Shown piece by piece: positions 1 through 8,007 of a stretch of 55,761 bases of DNA; position 1 is the stretch's first letter, and every line of letters begins with the position of its first letter. Under the pieces are notes generated by a model that was not told the origin of the DNA, searched no databases, and was given only the letters and a program-made list of their open reading frames with translations. The position numbers and the translations under genes were made by a program. Source of the stretch: a virus; the IMG/VR virus record IMGVR_UViG_3300045988_162287; one strand, 5' to 3'.

Positions 1-99
1 AATGTGCCCTGAGGCCTTGGAATCATTGGGTTTTCGGGGTGCCTGCATACTTTCGCGCGTTTTTTCTATCTCCTTATTATTTTAAAAAGAAAAAAAAAG
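1..99. repeat. 99-bp terminal direct repeat identical to 55663..55761 (circular-assembly overlap or terminal redundancy)
   Basis: aatgtgccctgaggcc...ttttaaaaagaaaaaaaaag occurs exactly at both ends of the window. Confidence 0.95.
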
Positions 100-172
100 T
101 AATAATACAAAGAAAACGCTGGCGAAGAAAACGCGCGAAAAAGTATGCAGCGGCCTGATACCTGCATACTTT
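42..172. promoter_or_regulatory. Part of a 12-bp motif cluster (CCTGCATACTTT / AAAGTATGCAGG) flanking an AT-rich poly-A tract; candidate origin or early control region
   Basis: Motif at 42-53 (+), 140-150 (-) and 161-172 (+). The segment gcctgcatactttcgcgcgt (41-60) is inverted at 131-151 around about 70 bp of AT-rich DNA. It lies directly upstream of the first gene. Confidence 0.5.
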
Positions 173-187
173 TAGAAAGGAGTGATC

Positions 188-535
188 ATGTCTTTTGAGA
201 ATTTAAGAACAAAACGTTCGATTTATGTTTACGAATTAGATAGCATGTTTGATTCAGCTGAAGAAGTTTCAAAACATTTTGATCTTAACGCCGATGATGT
301 AACCGAGGCTTTGATCTATCGTAAAGGTGAGATAGCGGGTCTTCATCTCGCTTGGGGAGATCATATTCATCCGCATCATTGGAGAAAAGTAAGAGTCGTT
401 GAAACTGGTGAAATACTTCTTAGCGATTATCACGCCGCCTATCATTTTCATGTGACCTATTCGTCTATAAGAAACGCGATCAAATTAAGAAACGGAAATT
501 TTCGTAACGTCCATCTCGAATATGTGGAGGAATGA
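188..535 (+). CDS. Small putative DNA-binding protein with two NUMOD1/IENR1-like HTH repeats (homing-endonuclease DNA-binding module without a nuclease domain)
   Basis: GAAAGGAG sits 5 nt before ATG 188. Two internal repeats (IYVYELDSMFDSAEEVSKHF..., VRVVETGEILLSDYHAAYHF...) resemble the VRIVETGELFDSEAECARAIG tail of the HNH enzyme at 44340. It is a paralog of the next ORF. Confidence 0.45.
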   Translation: MSFENLRTKRSIYVYELDSMFDSAEEVSKHFDLNADDVTEALIYRKGEIAGLHLAWGDHIHPHHWRKVRVVETGEILLSDYHAAYHFHVTYSSIRNAIKLRNGNFRNVHLEYVEE

Positions 536-538
536 AAC

Positions 539-910
539 ATGTCGCATCACGACAAGAATCAGGAAGTCTATATTTACGAACTTAACGAGATCCATTCGTC
601 TCCAGAGCGGGTGGCCATCTTTCTGGAAACGAGCATCGACGATGTTCTGAAGGCGCTTGCCCATCCAAGAAACCATGGTGTATGCCGAGGAATGCATATT
701 TGCTGGAACGACGCCCGCAACATCAAGGCCTACAAACCTGTCCGTATCATAGAGAAGGATCTTATATTTCCCAGTGTGACCCATATGGCCTTCTATTACG
801 GATGCAAGGATCAGGAGATCTACGATGCGCTCAAGCAGCCTGACGGATTCTGGTATGGATGGCATCTCGAGCATGTCGATGCCGTACCGGAACCGACCTA
901 TGTCAAGTAG
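539..910 (+). CDS. Paralog of the preceding ORF; two NUMOD1/IENR1-like repeats
   Basis: Repeats VYIYELNEIHSSPERVAIFL... and VRIIEKDLIFPSVTHMAFYYG...; ends ...GWHLEHV, as ORF 188 ends ...NVHLEYV; GGAGGA RBS. Confidence 0.45.
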   Translation: MSHHDKNQEVYIYELNEIHSSPERVAIFLETSIDDVLKALAHPRNHGVCRGMHICWNDARNIKAYKPVRIIEKDLIFPSVTHMAFYYGCKDQEIYDALKQPDGFWYGWHLEHVDAVPEPTYVK

Positions 911-1038
911 GTTTGTCATCGCGACAAAAACATCGCACAAAGAGGTAAGAGTGGGGAAGAGTTTGCCTTATTTTCTTAGCAATCTTTTCTAGGGCGATCG
1001 ATTCCCCGCTCTTATTTTTCTCTGTCGAAAGGAGAACC

Positions 1039-1359
1039 ATGAGTCTGGAACGCGACTTCCAACGAAAAGTCATCAAGGAGATCGGCAAACGTCTTCCGGG
1101 ATCGCGTGTGCTGAAGAACGATCCCAACTATATTCAGGGAATCCCCGATCTTCTCGTTTTGTATAAGGATCGATGGGCCGCCCTTGAGGTCAAGAAGAGT
1201 GCTGACGCTAAGCATCAGCCGAATCAGGATGACTACGTGGCTCAGATGAATGCCGACTCATTCGCGGCGTTCATCTATCCCGAGAACAAGGAATACGTTC
1301 TCGACAAGCTTCAACAGCACATGACCGAATCCCATATTTCCACGGAGGTTGCAGCATGA
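1039..1359 (+). CDS. VRR-NUC / PD-(D/E)XK nuclease (Holliday-junction-resolvase-like)
   Basis: GIPDLLVL...ALEVKK gives the D...ExK catalytic signature; about 106 aa; GAAAGGAG RBS. Confidence 0.6.
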   Translation: MSLERDFQRKVIKEIGKRLPGSRVLKNDPNYIQGIPDLLVLYKDRWAALEVKKSADAKHQPNQDDYVAQMNADSFAAFIYPENKEYVLDKLQQHMTESHISTEVAA

Positions 1360-1988
1360 TGCGTTTCAATGATCATCACAATCTTGAGGGCCTTCACGCC
1401 TTCATGGGGGCCAGCAAGCATTCATGGCTCCGTTATGATGACGATCATATGGCCGATATGTTCCGATCGTCCCTTGCGGCACAACGCGGAACCGAGCTGC
1501 ATGCTCTTGCTGCCGATCTTAACAAACATCGTGTGGCTCTGCCGAAGACCCATCTGACGTTGAACGACTTCGTCAATGATGGCCTGCATTATCGCATGTC
1601 TCCCGAAGTGGTGTTGTATTTCTCGCCAAATTGTTTCGGCACCGCAGACCTCATCGGATACGACGACAAGAAGAAGCTGTTGCGCATCTTCGACCTCAAG
1701 ACCGGAAGCGGCGAAGTCAAGCACTTCGATCAGTTGTATATCTACGCTTCGCTGTTCTGTCTTGAATACAAAGTCAAGCCGATGAACCTTCAGTTCGACC
1801 TTCGTCTCTATCAGAACGATCACATCAAGATCGCCACCAACGCCGATCCCAAGTATATCAAGCTTGGACCGAACGCTGATATTTACGAAGAGGTCAGCCC
1901 GGATGAGATCGCACACATCATGGATCGAATCCAGCACTTCGATCAATTGATCAACAAGCTGCGTGCCGAGGAATCGGAGCAGTGGTAA
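1356..1988 (+). CDS. RecB/Cas4-like PD-(D/E)XK exonuclease (DUF2800-like)
   Basis: GTADLIGY...RIFDLKTG...QLYIYASL matches the D / DxK / QxxxY RecB-nuclease motifs; ATGA-type overlap with the upstream gene. Confidence 0.6.
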   Translation: MMRFNDHHNLEGLHAFMGASKHSWLRYDDDHMADMFRSSLAAQRGTELHALAADLNKHRVALPKTHLTLNDFVNDGLHYRMSPEVVLYFSPNCFGTADLIGYDDKKKLLRIFDLKTGSGEVKHFDQLYIYASLFCLEYKVKPMNLQFDLRLYQNDHIKIATNADPKYIKLGPNADIYEEVSPDEIAHIMDRIQHFDQLINKLRAEESEQW

Positions 1989-2013
1989 TGATATTTTCAG
2001 GAAAGGCAGCGTC

Positions 2014-4797
2014 ATGGTCGTATTGATGGAAGACGAGTCGAACTCGCTGTCCCATATTGGCGTCAAGCGCCGTTCCGGAAGGTACCCGTATGGATCTGGT
2101 GAGGATCCTTACCAGCATGAAGACTTCTACAAACGATATTTGGATCTCAAGAACTCCGGTCTAACCGAAAAAGAGATCGCCGATTCCATGGGGATCACCA
2201 CGACGAAGCTTCGTGCTCGTAGGACCATTATCTATAACGAGCAGCTTGCCCAGCGTCAGCATCGCGCCTATGAGCTCAAGCAGAAGGGATATTCCAATAC
2301 CAAGATCGGTGAGATCATGGGTGTGAACGAATCTACTGTTCGGTCCCTTCTTAATCCTTCGAGTCGTGCTCGAGCCAATGCGTCGACCATCATCGCCAAT
2401 AATCTCAAGGAGACCATCGGCAAGGATGGAGCGGTACAGATTGGAAAAGGCGTTGAGCAGTATCTGGGATATTCCCAGGACAAGCTCAAGGTCGCTGTTG
2501 CCATGCTCGAAGAAGAAGGTTACACGGTTCATTATATTTACACCAAGATGGGAGGTCCGAACCATACCACGGTCAAGGTTCTTGCCGCTCCTGGTGTGAC
2601 CGTTCGAGATTTGGTAAACGATCGTAATAAGATTAAGATCGTCGGTATGTCCCTTGATGAGCCTCACGAAGGTGGCGTTGGAATCAAGAAGCCGGTATCC
2701 ATCGATTCTAAGCGTCTTGGTGTTGTGTACGCTGAGGACGGAGGAACCGAACGTGATGGCGTCATGCTTATTCGTCCGGGAGCAGCTGATCTCGAACTTG
2801 GCGGTTCGCATTACGCGCAGGTCCGCATCAACGTTGATAACAGCCATTACCTCAAAGGTATGGCCATGTACGGTGATCCGGATCAGTTCCCGGATGGTGT
2901 GGACATCATATTCAACACGAACAAGAAGCGTGGAACCCCGATCGAGGGAACCGGCGATAATTCGGTATTGAAGCCGCTCAAGCGACTGACCAATCCGGAT
3001 GGAACGAAAGGCGATGTCGATTGGAGCAATCCATTCGGCGCCACCATAGATCCGATCAAAGGTCAGTATGAGTACGACGATCCAAAGACCGGGAAGAAGA
3101 AGCAGTCATTGATCAATAAGGTCAATGATGAAGGCGACTGGGATGACTGGTCGAGAAGCCTTCCTTCCCAGATGCTTTCTAAGCAGGATATTTCTTTGGC
3201 CAAACGTCAACTTGGCATTGATCTTGATCGTCGTCAGCGAGACTACGATGAGATCATGGCGTTGGATAATCCAGTAGTCAAGGCCAATCTTCTCAAGTCA
3301 TTTTCTGATGAGTGCGATTCAGCGGCAATTCATATGAAGGCCGCGGCGATGCCTCGTCAGAGGACTCAGGTTATTTTGCCTATCCCTTCCTTGAAGGACA
3401 ATGAGATATATGCTCCGAACTTCAGACCTGGCGAGAAGGTGATTCTTATTCGCTTCCCGCATGGCGGAAAGTTCGAAATCCCTGAGCTCACGGTCAACAA
3501 TAACAACAAGGAAGCCCGGGCGGCTCTTAGCGGATCCAAGGATTGTGTTGGTATCAATGCCAAAGTGGCCGAACGACTCTCTGGTGCCGATTTTGATGGC
3601 GACAACGTTCTGGTTATTCCGAACAACCGAGGCGAGATCAAGACTCGATCCGCTCTTGACGGTCTGAAGAACTTCGATCCCAAGACCGCATATCCTAAGT
3701 ATGAAGGCATGCGAGTCATGACGAAGCGTGAAAAAGGAAGAGAGATGGGCATCGTCTCTAACCTTATTACGGACATGACCATCAAGGGTGCTCCTTGGGA
3801 GGATATCGAGAAGGCGGTCCGCCATTCGATGGTGGTCATCGATGCTGAGAAGCACGAGCTGAACTGGAAACAGTCCGAACGTGACAATCAGATCGATCTT
3901 CTCAAGCAGAAGTGGCAGAGTCGAGGAGATGGAAAATATGGTGGAGCATCCACTCTTATTTCCAGATCCAAGTCTACCGAACGCATTCCAGAACGTAAGC
4001 TTCGTTCGGCCAAGGAAGGCGGATGGATCGACCCTGAAACAGGTGAGAAAGTCTACGTCGAAACCGGTCGAGAGAAAGTTGTTCCCGCCAAGAAGGACAA
4101 GGACGGAAAGGTTATTTCTTGGAAGAAGGTTCCAGCCGAATCGGTAACGGTGAAGATGGACCTTGCCAAGGATGCCTACGAACTTTCGTCCGGAACGGCG
4201 ATGGAAGGTGTCTATGCTGACTATGCAAATTCTCTGAAGTCCCTGGCAAACCAAGCCCGAAAATCGTATTTGAATTCTGGTTCGTTCAAGTATGATCCCC
4301 AAGCTGCAAAAACATACTCGTCAGAGGTCAGTTCCTTGAAAGCCAAACTCAATACGGCTCTCAAGAACGCTCCTTTGGAACGCAAGGCCGAGCTTCTTTC
4401 GGACAGTTTGTACGAAGCCAAGAAGGCGGCTCATCCAGAATATGAAAAGGACGATCTGAAAAAGCTTTCCAACAGGTGCCTTAATGAGGCCCGTATTGTA
4501 GTGGGCGCCAAGAAGCAATTGGTCGACATCACTGATAAGGAATGGGAAGCCATTCAGCATAGGGCCGTCAGCAAGAATACCCTTCAGCAGATCCTGCAAA
4601 ACGCGGATCCTGACAGAGTCAAGCAATTGGCCACTCCGAAACAGGGTGTTGCTATGTCGGCGTCCCTTGTTGCGAGGGCCAAGTCCATGCTCAATCGTGG
4701 TTACACACAGGCTGAAGTAGCCGATAGGCTTGGCGTATCAATAGATACACTGAAGCGTAATGTGACTACTAAGACTAAGGTGGCAGACAATGGCTAA
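2014..4797 (+). CDS. Putative single-subunit two-barrel (beta/beta-prime-like, YonO/QDE-1-class) RNA polymerase with N- and C-terminal HTH segments
   Basis: HYLKGMAMYGDPDQFPDGVDIIFNTN resembles the RNAP beta barrel (RHGNKGV...EDMP..DG.PVDIVLNPLG). VILIRFPHGG...GINAKVAERLSGADFDGDNVLVIPN resembles beta-prime (VLLNRAPTLHRLG...NADFDGDQMAVH). HTH-like segments: EIADSMGITTTKLRARR, KIGEIMGVNESTVRSLL and QAEVADRLGVSIDTLKRN. Confidence 0.6.
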   Translation: MVVLMEDESNSLSHIGVKRRSGRYPYGSGEDPYQHEDFYKRYLDLKNSGLTEKEIADSMGITTTKLRARRTIIYNEQLAQRQHRAYELKQKGYSNTKIGEIMGVNESTVRSLLNPSSRARANASTIIANNLKETIGKDGAVQIGKGVEQYLGYSQDKLKVAVAMLEEEGYTVHYIYTKMGGPNHTTVKVLAAPGVTVRDLVNDRNKIKIVGMSLDEPHEGGVGIKKPVSIDSKRLGVVYAEDGGTERDGVMLIRPGAADLELGGSHYAQVRINVDNSHYLKGMAMYGDPDQFPDGVDIIFNTNKKRGTPIEGTGDNSVLKPLKRLTNPDGTKGDVDWSNPFGATIDPIKGQYEYDDPKTGKKKQSLINKVNDEGDWDDWSRSLPSQMLSKQDISLAKRQLGIDLDRRQRDYDEIMALDNPVVKANLLKSFSDECDSAAIHMKAAAMPRQRTQVILPIPSLKDNEIYAPNFRPGEKVILIRFPHGGKFEIPELTVNNNNKEARAALSGSKDCVGINAKVAERLSGADFDGDNVLVIPNNRGEIKTRSALDGLKNFDPKTAYPKYEGMRVMTKREKGREMGIVSNLITDMTIKGAPWEDIEKAVRHSMVVIDAEKHELNWKQSERDNQIDLLKQKWQSRGDGKYGGASTLISRSKSTERIPERKLRSAKEGGWIDPETGEKVYVETGREKVVPAKKDKDGKVISWKKVPAESVTVKMDLAKDAYELSSGTAMEGVYADYANSLKSLANQARKSYLNSGSFKYDPQAAKTYSSEVSSLKAKLNTALKNAPLERKAELLSDSLYEAKKAAHPEYEKDDLKKLSNRCLNEARIVVGAKKQLVDITDKEWEAIQHRAVSKNTLQQILQNADPDRVKQLATPKQGVAMSASLVARAKSMLNRGYTQAEVADRLGVSIDTLKRNVTTKTKVADNG

Positions 4798-5062
4798 TAC
4801 CAAAGACTATCTGCTTACCACGATTGACAATCCATACAATCCATGGACCAATTGGGATCAATGGTTTGACTATGATCAGCGTATGGGCTATTGCACATGC
4901 TCCTATCTAGCACGCATCATGTCAGTCACTGATACAATGACTGATGTTGAACTAGATCGTGAGTATGAGTTCGCAATGGACGAGATCATCAAGTACGATG
5001 TGATCGGCCGATACGCAAAGATTAAGAAGAGTGATCCTACACCAATGGGAAAACTTAACTGA
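4790..5062 (+). CDS. Hypothetical protein (Trp/Tyr-rich)
   Basis: ORF with AAGGTGG RBS; overlaps the end of the upstream gene; no recognisable motif. Confidence 0.5.
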   Translation: MANTKDYLLTTIDNPYNPWTNWDQWFDYDQRMGYCTCSYLARIMSVTDTMTDVELDREYEFAMDEIIKYDVIGRYAKIKKSDPTPMGKLN

Positions 5063-5143
5063 AAAGTACCGATTTCGTTGCGATCTCTCGCTCTTCATCG
5101 ATAAAATAATATGATTCGAGCCAAGGAGTCATATTATTTTGAT

Positions 5144-5203
5144 GGAGGGGGAGGGGTCGCGATGAACCGGTACCCTTCAGCATCGCCCGCCTCCTCATTT
5201 TTT
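5144..5203 (+). terminator. GC-rich imperfect hairpin followed by a T-run (terminator; could also mark a cos/pac region)
   Basis: ggagggggaggggtcgcgatg...catcgcccgcctcctc followed by attttttcc; located between the end of the 0.2-5.06 kb block and the packaging genes. Confidence 0.45.
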
Positions 5204-5428
5204 CCCCGACGGGATATTTTTCGAGAAGTCGATTACCCAGACCACGTGTTTTGGGGCTTCAAACGGGAGTGCCGCTTGGGTCCAAAGCAAAATTCCTCGC
5301 TCATGGCGGTTACGAAAACCGGAGGAAACTCCTTTCGATTTTAGGGACAACCATTCGGTACTCTCTTTTGGAGAACCAAAACCAATCAGAACTCTTCGAA
5401 ACAACTACAGAACTGGAGGCGATATTTC

Positions 5429-5776
5429 ATGGGGCGACGTAAGAAGCTCGATGGATCGTCTTCCCCTCAGTTCTCGCCCGCCTCTAACCCTGAGGAACGC
5501 GAGAATCAGATGATTTCGCTCGCCGTCAACCTTGCCGAGCAACAACTTCGCGAGGGGACGGCTTCATCTCAGGTCCTCGTGCACTATCTCAAGCTCGCTT
5601 CGACTCGAAACAAGCTTGAAGAGGAGAAGATCAAGTACGAGACGGCCATGCTTCAGGCCAAGAAGGATGCACTGAACAAATCTGGTCAGCTTCAAGAACT
5701 CATGGAGAACGCTCTGGAGGCGTTTCGTTCATATTCTGGAAATTCGGAAGGATGTGAAGTTCATGACGGACAATGA
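5429..5776 (+). CDS. Possible small terminase subunit
   Basis: 115-aa basic N-terminus plus coiled coil, first gene of the packaging block upstream of terL. The call rests on position and size only. Confidence 0.35.
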   Translation: MGRRKKLDGSSSPQFSPASNPEERENQMISLAVNLAEQQLREGTASSQVLVHYLKLASTRNKLEEEKIKYETAMLQAKKDALNKSGQLQELMENALEAFRSYSGNSEGCEVHDGQ

Positions 5777-6989
5777 ACTTTATCACTTCGGCGTCAAAGG
5801 CATGAAGTGGGGTGTTCGAAGGTATCAGAACGAAGATGGATCGCTTACCTCTCTCGGTAAGAAGCGCGATAAGATGCTTTCTGATCGGAAAGTCGCAAAA
5901 AGGAACTCGACCATTTCCAATATCGTTAAAGCGGAATATTCCCGTCGCGAATTTGAGGACGCCAAGACTCGACTGAAACTTGAAAACCAGACGAAAAAGT
6001 CAAAGCGTCGGCAGGATCTTGAGAAAAAGTATCTGAAGCAAGGGTTCGCCAAGGACGAGGCCGAGATCAAAGCTTATAATCGAGCTAAGACAGAAACAAT
6101 TCTTAAGGTTGCCGGAGGTATTGCTTTAGCATCCGCAGCGGCTTACGTTGCGTACAAGCATTACGATAAAGTCACCGATCGGGTATTCGAAAAGGGAAGT
6201 AAGATCGGTCGTTTGACGAGTGACGGATCGGAACAGACCAATAGGGCGTTTTATGGCTTCGTCAACAAGCACGACAAAGATCGGTATGAAGGTCTTTATG
6301 GAAAGACCCTTGGTAAGAACGGCACCGTATATCGAAAGGCCATGCGCGCTGCTGGCGATATTAATATTGCCTCCCCTGAATCCGCTCGAAAGGTTCTTAA
6401 GAACATGTTTGACACTGATAAGCAATCTTTCGATGCTTTTAAGAGGAACATAGATGTGATGGCCTTCGCGGTTCCTCCTACAACGAAGCAAGGACGACTT
6501 TGGCGTAAGGCCAAACAGGAACTTGATTCCGGAAAGATCGGTGATAACACCTATAAGGCGTTTAACACCGCACTTGTTCTTCACACACAAGAGCAACAGC
6601 CGATCAATGATAAATTCTATTCGGCTATGAAGAAGGCCGGATATGGTGCGATCCGCGATGTGAACGATAAAGAGAATTCCGGATATTTTGCCAGGAATCC
6701 GTTGATTGTATTCGATACCGATAAGATCGATGTCGAGGGATTCACGAAACTCGGAAGCGATCATATCAATTCCATGTTCGCTAAAGAGACGGGAAAGGTC
6801 GCTGCTCATGCATTGGCAAACGAGTATGGTCCTATTGGAGCCGTATTTGCGACTTCCATTGGAGCGATGAAACTCGTTAAGCGATCCAATGAGACAAAGT
6901 TCGTTGAAAACTATCGCAAGCAACATCCTGAGAGCACATTGTCCAATAATGAAATTCTGAAGATGAGAGATCGGATGATCAATGCTTAA
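5763..6989 (+). CDS. GVKGMKWG-module family protein 1 (408 aa)
   Basis: N-terminus MTDNELYHFGVKGMKWGVRRYQNEDGSLTSLGKKR, then a basic coiled region, a TM helix (ILKVAGGIALASAAAYVAY) and a globular C-terminal domain. GGAAGGA lies 9 nt before ATG 5763. Confidence 0.6.
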   Translation: MTDNELYHFGVKGMKWGVRRYQNEDGSLTSLGKKRDKMLSDRKVAKRNSTISNIVKAEYSRREFEDAKTRLKLENQTKKSKRRQDLEKKYLKQGFAKDEAEIKAYNRAKTETILKVAGGIALASAAAYVAYKHYDKVTDRVFEKGSKIGRLTSDGSEQTNRAFYGFVNKHDKDRYEGLYGKTLGKNGTVYRKAMRAAGDINIASPESARKVLKNMFDTDKQSFDAFKRNIDVMAFAVPPTTKQGRLWRKAKQELDSGKIGDNTYKAFNTALVLHTQEQQPINDKFYSAMKKAGYGAIRDVNDKENSGYFARNPLIVFDTDKIDVEGFTKLGSDHINSMFAKETGKVAAHALANEYGPIGAVFATSIGAMKLVKRSNETKFVENYRKQHPESTLSNNEILKMRDRMINA

Positions 6990-7518
6990 CGATACCGAAA
7001 TTAAAGATCTTTGTATTAACCGGCACATGATCACACCATTCGATGAGGCGAATCTTCAGCCGTGCAGTTACGACGTCACACTCTCTAAGAGCATCATACG
7101 ATATTTCGGTCGTGGTGAGATCAACGCCATGGATTACACGCTCCATGATCTGGAGTATATTCGTTTCGCCATGAACGATGACGGTTTCGTTCTCGATCCA
7201 AATGAATTCATTCTTGGTTCTACAAACGAGGGAGTGACGATCCCGAAGAACATCGCCGCGCGCTTCGAAGGTAAGTCGTCGCTTGGCCGTCTCGGTCTTG
7301 CGACCCATGTCACCGCCGGTTTCATCGATCCGGGGTTTACCGGTGACATCACACTTGAGATCAAAAACCTCAACAATCATCCGATCCGCATATTTCCAGG
7401 AATGAAGATCGGCCAACTGTGCTTCTTCGACCTTCATGATGATGTTGATCGAGCTTATGGATCGACTGAACTCGGATCTCATTATCAGCATCAATCAGGA
7501 CCGACGACAAGTCGGTGA
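6982..7518 (+). CDS. dcd: dCTP deaminase (dUTPase superfamily)
   Basis: GKSSLGRLGLATHVTAGFIDPGFTGDITLEIKNLNNHPIRIFPGMKIGQLCFF matches the Dcd signature GRSSLARLGL..HVTA..IDPG....LE..N...P..L.PGM.IG.L.F. Confidence 0.85.
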   Translation: MLNDTEIKDLCINRHMITPFDEANLQPCSYDVTLSKSIIRYFGRGEINAMDYTLHDLEYIRFAMNDDGFVLDPNEFILGSTNEGVTIPKNIAARFEGKSSLGRLGLATHVTAGFIDPGFTGDITLEIKNLNNHPIRIFPGMKIGQLCFFDLHDDVDRAYGSTELGSHYQHQSGPTTSR

Positions 7519-7556
7519 TATTTGGATTGCCCCTAGTGGGCGGAAAGGATATTCTT

Positions 7557-7997
7557 ATGAATTCTGAACTTTATCACTACGGCGTCAAAGGTATGAAGTG
7601 GGGCGTTCGGCGCTATCATAACGCCGATGGCACACTCACCTCCAAAGGTAAGGCCCGTCAGGCGAAACGAACCAAGAAGGCCCAGAAGAAGTGGGACAAG
7701 AACACGAGAAAGCATTGGGTCGAAGGGTATAATAAGGCCGCTGATTATTCCAATAACAACTTCATCAACAAGCTTAATGAGAAGTACAAGGATTACGATT
7801 TCTCGGATCGAACCAATAAGAAGACCCAGAAGGTCTATAAGCGCTATATCGAGGAGTACGTAAATGGCTTCAACAGTATTCTCGAAAAGAGCTATCGTGA
7901 GGTTCTTGGCGATCGTCCGGACGATCCGGGAGCTATTCGATCTCTTCCGTTCTATAATGATGCCAATTCGTTGTATCAAGCATGGCTGAATAATTAG
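7557..7997 (+). CDS. GVKGMKWG-module family protein 2 (146 aa)
   Basis: MNSELYHYGVKGMKWGVRRYHNADGTLTSKGKAR followed by a Lys/Arg-rich region; GGAAAGGA RBS. Confidence 0.6.
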   Translation: MNSELYHYGVKGMKWGVRRYHNADGTLTSKGKARQAKRTKKAQKKWDKNTRKHWVEGYNKAADYSNNNFINKLNEKYKDYDFSDRTNKKTQKVYKRYIEEYVNGFNSILEKSYREVLGDRPDDPGAIRSLPFYNDANSLYQAWLNN

Positions 7998-8007
7998 GAG
8001 GCGAATC

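Noticed and set aside
916-1019. Ninth promoter copy and terminator between ORF 539..910 and the VRR-NUC gene
   Set aside because: atcgcgacaaaaacatcgca matches the upstream half of the motif, but the -10 position reads caaaga. The downstream hairpin (gagtggggaa...ttccccgctc) has a loop of about 45 nt. This is too weak to annotate.
5087-5116. Degenerate promoter motif CTCGCT-N14-TAATAT-GATT
   Set aside because: It keeps the 20-nt spacing but matches few conserved positions, and it lies upstream of the terminator-like hairpin rather than the late genes.
5111-5344. ORF-track entry 5111..5344 (77 aa) as a gene
   Set aside because: It spans the hairpin and T-run, has no RBS, and has odd composition (GGGG, SASPASS). 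It is more likely non-coding.
5204-5428. tRNA or other small RNA gene in the long intergenic region
   Set aside because: I could not fold a cloverleaf or find a T-loop consensus (GTTCGAATC type) by eye. It needs a tRNAscan/Infernal run, so no call is made.
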